Assembly: GCA_051362555.1 (NCBI GenBank)
Contig: CM120644.1
Coordinates: forward strand, 4,534,954 to 4,598,953
DNA: 64,000 nucleotides
Source of the DNA: Lingula anatina
Taxonomy: Eukaryota; Animalia; Brachiopoda
Direction: 5' to 3'
Part shown: positions 1 to 11,671 of the stretch, piece after piece
Layout: every line of letters starts with the position of its first letter
Numbering within the stretch: the first letter of the stretch is position 1
The notes under the pieces: generated by a model
The model's database searches: none
What the model was told of the DNA's origin: nothing
Seen by the model: the letters and a program-made list of their open reading frames with translations, nothing else
Made by a program: the position numbers and the translations under genes

Positions 1-98
1 CTGGCGAATTCCATTGATGAACTGATGTCACAATGACATCGAATAGATTATCAAAAGTTATTAAAACACGATTTTAATCCTTATTTTCATTTATCAGT
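1..98 (-). pseudogene. Downstream IAP exon, now non-coding; probable decayed RING-leading exon
   Basis: Strong acceptor TTTGTTTCTATTTTGCAG| at 99/98. In the frame continuing the previous exon it reads RLINENKD*, like the LxxENxxLK helix preceding IAP RING domains. No cysteine pattern follows within the window. Confidence 0.5.
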
Positions 99-165
99 CT
101 GCAAAATAGAAACAAAAACTGATGAAAAATGATTTCGAAAAAAATATTCCATATTAAATGTCAAG

Positions 166-226
<61 letters not shown>

Positions 227-531
227 TGGTCTATACACTGAAATGGTTAGTACATCAACTTTACACTATCTGGTAGGCTAAAGTTCAATACCAACAACTC
301 ACGATACAGAAAAACGCATGTTAACACTTCGCCCACTTTCTTTTTAAAATATTCGATACACAGCATCACTGGTGTGTACAGAAATATACAAGATATAAAG
401 CAAAACATCCACAAAAGCATTTCATTAATATATGGCATATATTCCCTGTTATCCTGAAAGCCACTCTAAGCCATATCACTAAGGGACCATTCCCACAGAT
501 ATTTTGATAGATTTATGTCCGTGGGGAGTCT

Positions 532-1072
532 CACTAAATTGCTGTCAACTTGACCAGCTTAAATGTCCGTCACGCCTAGTAATTCCCGCACGAAAATGCA
601 TTAGTATCAAAGTAGCAAAGAAGCATCAACGCAGTAGTGGTGTGGAGCACAACTGCAGTAAAAATGCAGTATGGCCTACTGTAATTCTACTCCAAAAAGT
701 ACAAAGGTTTGTACAGAGAGCAGCATTAATGCAGTAGATTAGCAGCATGATAGAAGCATGTTTCAAATATGCTAATTAGCTCCCAAATCGAACCAGATTT
801 GAGGCATGTTTGCAGTATGATTGCAGTAGTCTACTGCACTGGAGTATCTACTGCGTTTTCGTGCGGGAAAGCTGTTAGGGGAGTAATTAACTTTACCTCC
901 TAGCTGGATCGGTCAAACTCTGCACGGATTCTCGCTATTTAAGTGCTTTCAGTGTAATCAGCTTAATTGTCTGGCACGCCCACACGAGTGCATGTAAATA
1001 GGGGTAATTGACTATCGTTAATTATCCCCTAGCATTTTGAATAGGCATGGCAACATTTTGACAGCTTTCAGT
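532..1072. mobile_element. MITE with CACT-starting imperfect TIRs containing a nested CCC-terminal MITE (584-867)
   Basis: CACTAAATTGCTGTCAA pairs with TTGACAGCTTTCAGTG. The inner element has CCCGCACGAAAA / TTTTCGTGCGGG ends and internal GCAGTA motifs. Confidence 0.55.
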
Positions 1073-1201
1073 GTATGCAGTTTAGCAAGAATCGGTGTAG
1101 AGTTAGATCGAACCAGTTAATACAATGTGTTAATGGGAACGCTCCCTTAGCAATATCACTAAAACAGAGTCTCATGCTCTCTCCACACCTCTTGTTGGGG
1201 T

Positions 1202-1249
<48 letters not shown>

Positions 1250-1311
1250 CTTATAAAATCGTTCAATGTTATAAGCATTGAATACGTGTAGAAATACGCT
1301 GACCTCCTTGT

Positions 1312-1535
1312 CTACGCATATTTCACAGATCCTTTTTTCTTTTGTGATTTTGCTTCTTCATACTTAAGAATGGCTTCAACCAGACTGCGCGCATTTGGAA
1401 AATCATCTCCTGTCTTCCGCAATCTCTCTTCTATAACAGCCCATGCTGCGTTATAGGAGTAACCCTTGTTGATTACCATCTGCACCATAGGCGTGTCCAT
1501 CCTGGCCTTGACCTCCCCATCTTCGGGCTGTTCAA
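1312..1535 (-). CDS. IAP exon: UBA-like domain, ends at TAG
   Basis: VEQPEDGEVKARMDTPMVQMVINKGYSYNAAWAVIEERLRKTGDDFPNARSLVEAIL resembles the IAP UBA domain (ARMDTP.V..V..MGF/Y). Acceptor TATTAG at 1536, stop at 1314-1312, donor AG|GTCAG at 1304/1303. The spliced CDS is 669 nt (222 aa). Confidence 0.85.
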
Positions 1536-2151
1536 CTAATAATACAGAAAATCTGTTGAGACATTTAATCCATGACGATCTTTACACAACTTATACATAC
1601 TGTTGTAAAACACTGGATTTTAAGACAAACCTATCATCATTATTACTGTGGGAGTACCAGTAATGCAACACATTTCGGTTAAATGGTAAATTAATGTGGA
1701 ATTTCACGTTAGCTTGATTTTTAATCATCTGAAAACTCTTCACAATATTGAAAAAAAAACGCATTGCACAATGGTCGGGTTTGGTACGATTTTTTTTTCA
1801 AGGTTTTTTAAGGACTCCTTAACATCGTTATAATTGCAGCAAATAAAACACCAAGTAAGATATGGGCATATCAGATCACATACATGCACAAATTGCACAT
1901 GACAATGATCTACAGCCTCCCTTGATGCCCTTATCGCACTGTCGGTCGATGCAGCGAGTTTTTAGTAAATGGGCAAAAATTAAGCACAATTTTGTCCTCA
2001 CGCTGGGCAATACGTTTTCATAACATATACCCCGCATTTCCCTAAGTATACGCGGCTCAGAATGGCAACAGAAAAATAATTCTAAACCTTGCCGTTGGAG
2101 AATCTTATCTTCTCCTGTCTCCTTTACCAGCACAGGTAATCGACTACGTAC

Positions 2152-2191
2152 CTTTCATGTTCTTGGATTGGCCACTGGTAGGTTGCTGTCT
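2152..2191 (-). CDS. IAP 40-nt linker micro-exon (RQQPTSGQSKNMK)
   Basis: TTTCAG| acceptor and AAG|GTACGT donor. It enters in phase 0 and exits in phase 1, which keeps the BIR and UBA exons in frame. Confidence 0.75.
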
Positions 2192-2429
2192 CTGAAATTC
2201 AGAAAAACCTTGCTAAGAAAAACTATTATATAAATTGGTTACCCGTTGACTTAAAAGAGGACACTGCATATTGAGCAAAAGCAAGAAGAAAAGAAAAATC
2301 AAGTCAAGTTCAGATAATGAATACTCAAGTGTACATTTGTTCCATTATTGTTTTGAATGGCCTGTTATGTAACACATGGACCGCCACTGTTCCTTACATC
2401 TTTATTAGTAGTATGAGTTACACAATCAC

Positions 2430-2569
2430 CTTCGCAGGCAAGGGATTATGTACCTGGACAAATTCGCAGTTCGGGGACTTCTTCTTATGCACAGTCCATG
2501 GATCCTGTCCCGGTTCCCAGTTACCTACTACCACGCCACAGCAGAAGCATTCCACGTTGTCACTGTAAG
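2430..2569 (-). CDS. IAP exon: BIR zinc-binding half
   Basis: YSDNVECFCCGVVVGNWEPGQDPWTVHKKKSPNCEFV has exact C-x2-C-x16-H-x6-C spacing. Acceptor TAG at 2572-2570 is phase-compatible with the previous exon; donor AAG|GTGATT at 2430/2429. Confidence 0.92.
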
Positions 2570-2964
2570 CTACATGTACCAAGAGGGGTGTTATTATTAT
2601 TATAACACGAAACATCGAATTGAATAACATTTTTTTGCTTCTGCCTTTTGAATCATTTTTTAATTTATAGTGTATAAAATAACGGTGCTTTTTTTGTGTA
2701 CCATAATGGATGTTATTTTATACGGTGTAACTGCTATACATATCACTTATATACAGGTACTACTGTAGACAAAAAGGAGGATTTTATTTTTCATTATCTA
2801 AGTAACTTTATTGTAAATCATTTGGTACATGCTCTTCAAGGTTAGACAAGTACATGTATAACATATACATAAAATGCCAGTAAGGCCACTATTTTAATGA
2901 CCCCATAAGTAATTAAATGATTGTTTTGCAGATGTACAATTTTTTCAAACAAACGCAATCTCAC

Positions 2965-3229
2965 CTGTGTACCAGAAACCTGCCTCGGCTAACTTAGCCG
3001 GAGGATGCGTTTTTATTTTAGGCCATCCCCTGAAAGTCCCTCTCCTACTGTCTACTTGGGAATATCGAGGATTTGGTCCCCGGCGGAAACTACTTGCGTC
3101 ATTCACTATCCCAAGAGCTCGATTCAGTAGCTGCTGGTTGCGCAAAATTAGGTAACCTTGATTTCTCTGTACCATTGTATTCACTGGTTCCAAAATTCTG
3201 CAACGGTAGGGTAGGGTCATCATTGCCAT
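2965..3229 (-). CDS. IAP (BIR-domain protein), first coding exon: N-terminal half of BIR
   Basis: Translation ends ...PNPRYSQVDSRRGTFRGWPKIKTHPPAKLAEAGFWYT, matching the BIR R-x2-TF-x2-WP ... LAxAGF motifs. Acceptor ACAG precedes 3234, ATG at 3229, phase-1 donor G|GTGAG at 2965/2964. The start codon is uncertain. Confidence 0.85.
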
Positions 3230-3376
3230 CAAAACTGTCATTTAATACAAAAATAACACGTGAGAAAGACTGTATACACGCTCTTCTTCCCAAATGCCAT
3301 GTCTTGAAAAATATAAAATTTGAAAAAACTGCTGATAAAAATTTAGGTTTGAGTAAGATAGAGGATAACATTTACT

Positions 3377-3703
3377 AACAAGAAAAGGACCCAGAGAGGA
3401 TAATTAAAACTAACAATTGACCATTAATGATTAAACTTAAGAATCGGGACCAAAATCTTGTCATTTTTTCCTTGGCCCATTTCTGACCTATACTGAAAAT
3501 GTAATATTAATAAAAAAATTAACTAATTAATTATTTGATTAACTTATGGATCAGCAACAAAGTCGAAGTATGTATTCCTTGGCCTATTTCTGACCTACCC
3601 TGAACATTTCATCATAATCCGTTTATAAATTTTTGTGCAATGATTTTCACAGACAAACAAATGAAAACGAAAGCAAAAAAGCCCTCTCCATTGTCAGAGA
3701 TAA
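3377..3703 (+). mobile_element. Helentron-associated (HINE-like) non-autonomous element
   Basis: ACAAG start, two copies of CCTTGGCCYATTTCTGACCTA, TTTCATCATAATCCG, ACAGACAAAC microsatellite seed and a 3' short hairpin (CTCTCCATTGTCAGAG), in the typical HINE layout. Confidence 0.5.
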
Positions 3704-5080
3704 TTGAAATCATGTAGGACAGTTTTGTTAGTTGCTGTGTTATAGCATATGCATTATCCTTAAACGTCAAGTATATGTATTGATATTAGATATTCATGAA
3801 AACTACCACTGAATGTTCATTGATCGGATCATTCGAGCAAAAGACCAGTGATATATTTTAAGGTCAGTTTGGGACGAGGAAAGTAAAAAAAACACCGCCA
3901 TTTCAATCTACAGCGTTATAAGAATGAAGTCATATTCAGGTGTACAGGTAAGTACTTTATTCAGCTGTGCAGGGTAGGAAAACAGCCAGAGGGTGTATTA
4001 ACAAGGCGACAAAAAAAACAACTGCTAAGCATTCGCATCAAACCAAAAATAAACAGGAAAATAAAAAGGAAACTTCTATGAACGAACCTGTTAAAACCAC
4101 TGATGTGACACCGTTTTGCCACGGTCCGTTATTAGAGCTGTCATGCCTTAAATCTATTGCCGTAAGTTATCTCTTTCTCATTTAGTTTAATTTCCAAAAG
4201 TTTATATACAGGAAGTATCAGTAGTTGGTATATTTTACAATATTATCTGTCATGAATGCATTTTGCTTTGTTATAGCTGAGGAAAACAGATGGGATGTAT
4301 ACAAATGCACCAATTCAATCAGTTTTCATGTCAAGTTATGAAACTACACTGTAGTTTGCATCGAATCAAACAAGGCTATTCAATTTAATAAGAAGGTGCA
4401 TCCACCTCAGATGTATTTGAGATTTGTCATATGTCTTGACACTGTCGATTGACCTGGTTTAATCAAAAGGTTGTCTACCAACACTTAAAAGCCACGTATA
4501 TACGTCTTCTGTATTATAAGAATTATAATTAGATAAACATAACCCACCGGCTATGAAGCCAATACTATGTAACTACAAGGACATGTGGAGATGTATATGG
4601 AGGGCTTTAGAAGGAGACTGGAAGGGGGAGAGTTATCTGACACAAAATTAAAGTCTTGGAAAGCTTTTTGGGTGTTATATTCCCTCTCCCAAGCCTCAGT
4701 GACAGCAATATTACAATAAAACACAGGTAGGTAGAACACGGGTTACTACAGTTTGTTGACGGTGTGCATGAACATACCTACTTACATTACAAACAAGAAC
4801 AAAACATACACGTACTTCCCTTTTGGGAGCTCAACCCGTTGTAATGGAATGCGCCAATCCCTACATGGGGTCACACACAAAAAGAGTGCTGCAGGTATAG
4901 AGTTATGAAGTGCTGTATCAAACAAAAAGTAAGGAATCTAAAATAGCTTAGGGCCTGATTGGTGAATTGGTGAATGTCATAAAAGAACTACCCAAATAAG
5001 CAAACACACCTTTTCAGGTGTGGGTCATATGACGTGCAACCACAATACCAGTGCCAAAAACGCAATGAAAGGTTACTTAC

Positions 5081-5170
5081 GAAACAGAAGTGTGCCACAG
5101 CTGCAAGGTACGATAAAGAGCGAACATCAACAACCAACTTCCTTAACTCAACTGTTTCTAGGGTCTCCAA
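5081..5170 (-). other. Probable non-coding first exon of the IAP gene
   Basis: Consensus donor |GTAAGT at 5080-5075, directly downstream (minus sense) of the promoter motif cluster. The start position is approximate. Confidence 0.45.
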
Positions 5171-5275
5171 ATCCCGAGGGTTAAGGAAATCGTCCTTACA
5201 CTTGGTTGTCAGATTTTGGCGCGAAATTTCCAGTCACGTGCCTAAGATGGCGGATCGTATTATTTGACTGGTAAG
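5161..5275. promoter_or_regulatory. Candidate bidirectional promoter (E2F, kappaB-like, E-box, YY1)
   Basis: TTTTGGCGCGAAA (E2F, 5214-5226), GCGAAATTTCC (one mismatch to a kappaB site, 5221-5231), GTCACGTG (USF/TFE E-box, 5233-5240), AAGATGGCGG (YY1, 5244-5253), and a plus-strand donor CTG|GTAAG at 5271. Confidence 0.65.
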
Positions 5276-5497
5276 GGTCATTCTATATCAGTTCATTCAG
5301 CCATGGTACCTTCGTTAGGAAACTGATTTTCACATATTTTGTAGATATTATTAGTATGTCACTCATAAGTTGTGGGAGAGGGTTTCTGTGCCTCATATGA
5401 ATCTAGGTCACGGCTCCATGTAACCTTCATGACTTTGTATTTTAACATTTTAGGAATCCAAGTATCACATTGAAAATGACTTGACGTATTCAGAATG

Positions 5498-5499
<2 letters not shown>

Positions 5500-5566
<67 letters not shown>
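5500..5566. repeat. (TA)n microsatellite; others at about 170-225, 1206-1246 and 10535-10579, with many (GA)n, (CA)n and (TTA)n tracts in the activin intron
   Basis: Directly visible. Confidence 0.95.
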
Positions 5567-5569
<3 letters not shown>

Positions 5570-5597
5570 TGATAGTCATATCGTATTCAAAAAAATA

Positions 5598-5631
<34 letters not shown>

Positions 5632-6299
5632 GAATACTTTGAAAAATCCTTGTCACCTTTCCAAATGAAGGACGCCCCACCCTATTATGTCTCTGAATTA
5701 ACAGGTACTTTATTTGCTTTCATTTAAAAGAGGAGACTGTGAACTTCAAGGCGAAAGTGTTAAATCAATTTGTATGTTTTGGAGACAAAAGAAATAGCAC
5801 ATTATAAAAACATTTTATATGGGCTATTGCATGACCACTGATGCAGAAAAACGTACTTTCAAACACCAAGATTATTTCCCATGGCTTTGTTATACTTTAC
5901 TAGATTACTTTTTTATTTTTCTGTATATTTTTGCATTGTGTAACAATGTATTTTGTAGTGAATCAGAAATTTTGAAGTACATGCGATGCTAACGAAAAGC
6001 TGACCTTATAGGATGTCTTTATGAATATTTAAACTATAACTCAGGGGGCTTATAATTAAACGTAGGTAACGTATGTTCCCTGAAATGTGTCCGAAAAAAT
6101 GGTTAGACTTGTCCAAGTATTTGGTGCAATAGATAACATGTTTTCTGAACTGAAACATATATAGTTGTTTCGTGCGCAGCCTGTTTTTTCTAACATATTT
6201 TGGGTTTTATTAACTGTAGAAAATAAATTATAGAAAATCAGCATGGAACGATTTTTCTTAGTGAGTTCAACGCTTTTAGTTTTCCGTTTGTGACAGTAA

Positions 6300-7378
6300 A
6301 GTCTAGCACAATTTTACAAAGGCTATGACCAAACAATTACATAGGTACCATACTGAAATAAGTTAATACTTAAATGTAAAATCTGATATACAACCATTAT
6401 CATGGGTGAAAATTACACTATTTGATACATTATGTACTTTCATATACATTACTGACCTTAAAATATTATACATATTTCTCCCATTTAGTAGGTAGTGGCT
6501 GGTAGAGAATACCAGATCTTTCTTGGTTACATGTTGTTATGTATCTAGCTAGATTTTGTATTGTGTCATGACTTCTGTTTTGCATTAATGATTTGTATTG
6601 TTCAGTGTGGTTTTTGGACTAATTGTTGGTTTAGAGTCTTTCTTTGATTTCCATATTGGGGACATAGCAACAAGAAGTGTATTTCTGCTCCTCGTCTGCA
6701 AAGTCTACATATTATTTTTTCAGACGGTAGAGGGATGGGTTTTTAAAATCTGCCTCTTTGTATTTCTAGATCGTGGGGCCCGTTCTAAATTTTGCGAGGT
6801 TCTGGAGTTCCTGTTTTGTTAGGGGTGCATTTAAATATTCTTCGGCTTCATAAGCTTCATAGTCCATTTTAAATGTCTAGGCTGCTATGTTACTGCTGTT
6901 ATGTTGAATTCCCAGTAGTGATTTGCAGAATTTGACGTGGACACGTTCAAAAGGGAATGTGTTCATAGATTTGATAGAGTTAAGGATTTGAGCAATGAGA
7001 GTTGGTCCCCAAATTTCGCAGCCGTATAGAAGGATGGGCTTGATTAATGTGTCGAACAGTTTGAGTTTAAGGTGAATAAGACTTTTTGCTGTGCAGGATA
7101 GTGTTTGTTTTAGCATGAGGTTGGCTTTCATTGCTTTGCCTTTAAGGTCATTGAGTGCACTTTTGAATGACCCACGTGACTTCAGTTTGATTCCTAAGTA
7201 TGTGTATTCATTGGTGACTTCTAAGATTTCACTATTTATATGGAAGTTGATTTGGGGGTTTTTGCCAGACTTGTTAATTTCCATAATTTTAGTTTTATTT
7301 CAGTTAACTGTGAGTTTCCACTTTTTACAATTTATAATAAACATGCTTTTATTAGTTTCAATTGTTTGATTACCCTTT
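6300..7378 (-). mobile_element. Decayed 5'-truncated non-LTR retrotransposon (RTE-X/L2-like ORF2 C-terminus)
   Basis: CKKWKLTVN, then a frameshift to KTKIM...EYTYLGI...KLFDTLIKPILLYGCEIWG, followed by KFRTGPHDLEIQRGR and a CRLC...HFLLLCPQY zinc knuckle with in-frame stops. Confidence 0.88.
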
Positions 7379-7793
7379 GATCAAAGGGTGTTCTCCCCAG
7401 GGATGTCAGCCCTAATATCCTATAATTATCACTGTAAAAAAGATTCATTGTATCAATTTACGACCCCCTGCCAGTTAAGATCTTCCGACCATTTACTTTG
7501 GACACCTTGTAGGACTCGACTTGGGAAATAGATTTACTGCAACTTTCACTGCGTAGAGGGAGACTGCATCTGCTTTTAAAATGGAACTCAAGAATTATCT
7601 ATTTGAAATATATGTATTTATGAGCATAGTTCTTGATCAATGAAGTTTTAAAGTAAGCAAACAAAGTGTGATTTTTTAAAATTATTTTAAAAAGTGATTG
7701 ATTGTACATGTATATATTTAGGATATTAAAGTTACATTTTAGTTTTTTTTTTTTCTTAGTCCCTATGATATCTACAAAATGCACGAAAATTAA

Positions 7794-10530
7794 GTGTGTG
7801 TCAATGATAAGACCAGTCAGAGGGTGGCAAGGTGGGGGTCAACAGATTTCATCCAAATTCATAATATTGTTGCATATATAGGAGATATTAAGATTGAAGG
7901 CAACAATCCCAAAAGAAATCATTGGATATAATTATAATATGATATTATATGTTTTGACCATTTTTGGCTTGATTTTCAGCTTCGGTCAATAAAGCCACTT
8001 CATAAGCAAATATGTCAAAACTGATGACTTTTTAAAATTAATTGAAAATTTACCTATTTAAACCAGCCATTTGCCATTGAGAATATGTTCCTAAACTTCA
8101 GTTTAACCCACAAACTTACGAGCCACGCCCATTTTTATAACCCCACCCCCAAACTCATTTTTCTACCAAGCAATGTTCATGCATTCATATCTCTCTTTTT
8201 GCAGGGTTGACAGCCATAAAATTGTATAGGGATCCTAAGAATATACTGGTCTCATCATACAAAATTTAAAAAGTGTGTTAAACACAACAGAAGATATTGA
8301 AAAAGTGCCTCAAACTTTAGCAATTTTAGCAGAAAACCAAACGGCCGAAATCAAGATATCAGTACATTTTGAGATATAATACCTTCCAATAATCAAATTT
8401 AATCAAAGACTCACAGCCAGGAATTCAAACTATGCTTTGATAAGGGCAAATCTATCCAATTTTTATAAATGGCTGCCATCAATTCTGTCCCAAAATACAG
8501 TTACCCCAATTCCTCAAAATAATCAAGAGGCCAATTTTTGCAGGTTTTTTATTTTGAGATCTGTAATACAGGATTGCTCAAATAATATTCTTTTCAAACA
8601 GAGCCATACAACTTCTGAATAAATTTAAATTATTAGTGACAAGTTATTCAACCCCCCCCCCCCACCCCCATTTAATGAGTTATTACTGTGCATATCCAAT
8701 GTCATCAGCATTGTGTATATACCTTATTTTCAGGAAGCAATAGAGAAAAAAATTACAAAGGATTTTTCTAAAGGGAATGACTGTCTCATTTTATCAGTTT
8801 TCTCAAGTGCAATACAAATTAATCCACTTGAAATGATTTATATTGCATTTTTCAACCATTCTTTTTCCTTTCAAATGATTCATAGGCTTTGTAAATACAC
8901 GTGATATCTTGATATCTGTATTCTTTTTCTATAAAGAAAATTAAAACAGAGTCAGCAACATACAATGACAGGAGGAGTACTTTATTTTCATATTATCAAT
9001 TGGACAGTAAAAGAACAAAGCAGTTACTTTTCACAGATGTGAAATCAAGTTATGAATCTCCAAGGTTCCAATACCACGGTCATCTTTTCCATATACTGAA
9101 CACAACAGTGATGGGTAGTGTTCCACAGATTTTAATCTTATAACTGATTGATCCCCAAGTTTCTTCTTCTGGTTGAGAGATCCAGGGACTCCTACAGTAA
9201 TGATAATTCAGCAATCTTAGGATAAGTGTGGTAACTTGAAGCAACATACCACTAAAGTTTAGTGTGACTGAACTGTCAATTGTCAATATTTGTCAATTCA
9301 ATGGCACCAATCCTCCTTTCCTACAAAACTGACTGAGATTGCCAAGCCTAAGATGCACATTTATTATGGGGGATTGTCCCAAGGTGGCTCTAAGTCCAAT
9401 AAAGGTTTGCCAGGATATCCACTACTGAAGATGGCAGGACAGGCTGTCAAAAGAAAATGTATTAAACATATTTTAAACTTATGTTAATTGCTGTATAAAA
9501 ACAATGACTAAATAATATACTGATCAAACATATTGCACAAGTAAAAACAATGATTGAAAATGAAATCAAACATGCATGATGTAGCTACCAGAATTTCATG
9601 ATAGAAAGACAGAGTTGGTGCTCACATCTGAATCTGATGAATTTGCCTGTGCAATTTCAGGTGACTCTTCTATTATTGTCTGTAAGATTGTCCATGTCAA
9701 GGTTCACATCCAGGCCTAGGATGTAAAATCTGAAAAATAAACATAACATCAATAAATGTTTTACAACAACAAAGGCTTACTGTGTTCAGAATAGAAACTA
9801 CCGTAGCAGGATCAATCCATCTCAGCGGAGTATCACACTCAGGCTCAGTCATTGTAATCAGCTTAATTGTCTGGCACACCCCCTTGCAAAGCAACATGAA
9901 CGACATAATGGACCGCAAAGTTTTCCTGATTTTACTAAAGTACTTTTAGTTGTACAAGTGTTCTGTGTAATATGTAAGTCTTGAAAATTGAAGCACAGTG
10001 TGTTACAAAGTCACATAAAGCTAGGTGGTTAACTTCAACTTCATTGCAAACAAACATAAATCTGAAACTAAAACATAAAAAACTGGCACAAGTAACATCG
10101 CCTAAAATGCCAAAACTTGAAACTGAATGTGTTACATACCTTAGTTTGATTCTGGGTAAGAAATTTGTAATGAAGCTGTCTACAAGCTCAGTTGTCCTTA
10201 ACTGTTTGTGTTATGATAACACATGTAACAAAGCCCTAGAATATTTAATGCACAAACATACTTCATAAGTTAGATACACAGTTGATTCTTTTCAGCAGAC
10301 ATATTTACCATGAAATAGAAATCAAGTAAAATTCTATTAATTGAAATATACCAGTACATCTTTTAATCTTTTATATTACTTTAAAATATTCAAACTTATT
10401 ATTTAAACTGGTTTGAGTTTTTAGTGTATCTGATTCTAGTATATGTATGCCACCACTGGCCAACAACAGGGTAGGTTATTACTACATAGAAGACAGTACC
10501 TGAAATAGTGACAGAACCGACTTTATATTT

Positions 10531-10582
<52 letters not shown>

Positions 10583-11611
10583 CACTTACCTTACAACAAA
10601 CATCCAGAGCTAAATCGATGAGCTGGATATAGTCTGAAGTGGTTCAACAAAAAAATAAACATTACATTCTTAGGACGACAAGCTGCCATGGTCATTTCTT
10701 GTGATATTCTGGTGCACACCAATCCTTCTGAGATGTATCTAAGCATTTCTAGTGCGTGTTCTTCATAAAATTAAGAAAGCATTATGTTTTCACACTGTAA
10801 AGACGATGTGCTTGCCCCACAGTTGCTCCGGTGATAATCCTAGTACCCGCCATGTTGAAAATAGGTCACAGAGTTAGCATTGATATTTTACATTTAGTTT
10901 CTACAACATAAACAAATTTAAAAATGTATTTTTGCTTCATAAGTTTGTCTGCAGGGCAAACATGATTATTTAAAGGGCTTTTCACAAACCTATACAAGGT
11001 TTTGACTTATCAATTTAATTGAAGAAACAGTTTAGTATTTAAGTAGTATAAAAATATTCGTTTTTAGGCCCCTTTTAAAATTGTTATAGTTCTAATTTTA
11101 CAAGGTTTAACACAGATTTTATTTCACAAAATTTATTTTTCAACCTTTTTCTATCAGCACATACCAAAATTATATGGATACAACCTGCAAAAAAGAAGTT
11201 GTGTGCATTTAAAGAAGGGGAGGGGGTCAAGCATACGGAAAACATGCCCTATCAGAATCGACCTTGTGTGGTCATGACAGTGCCTTTTCGAAAAATCTGT
11301 ACTGGGTATTAAAGGTCTTTCCTTAACCTATCATGTGGCTTACCTAAATAATTCCTTATGATGTACATGATTTTTTAAAAGAATATTTAAAATTATAACT
11401 TTTCAAGAGCTAAAAAATGCTATATTTTGGCAAAATTGCCAAAAAAAGATCTGCCCCCATATCTCTAAAACTAATGATCCAAAATAAGAAAGCCAGTGGC
11501 TCACAATATCTTTCATGTTGATGGTTTACCACACCAAAAATTATTAAAATCTGCTGACCCCCACCTTGCCGCCTTCTGACTGATCTGTCTGGCTTTCTCA
11601 TGGACGCGCTC
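7794..11611 (-). mobile_element. TTAA-flanked DNA element, copy 1 (Sola3-like; Kolobok not excluded), left arm of the palindrome
   Basis: TTAA at 7790-7793 and 11612-11615. Ends are GTGTGTGTCAATGA... and ...TCATGGACGCGCTC, and both ends share the subterminal block CAGTCAGA.GG.GGCAAGGTGGGGGTCA.CAGATTT. The empty paralogous site has a single TTAA at 18743-18746. TTAA targeting with GAG...CTC termini is as described for Sola3. No transposase was recognised. Confidence 0.8.
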
Positions 11612-11671
11612 TTAACAAGTCTCTTGAAGGAGGGTATCACCGCTGGAAGTGTTGATATGAAGTAACCTTAA

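Noticed and set aside
7794-11611. piggyBac assignment based on TTAA
   Set aside because: The termini are GAG/GTG rather than the CCY ends typical of piggyBac.
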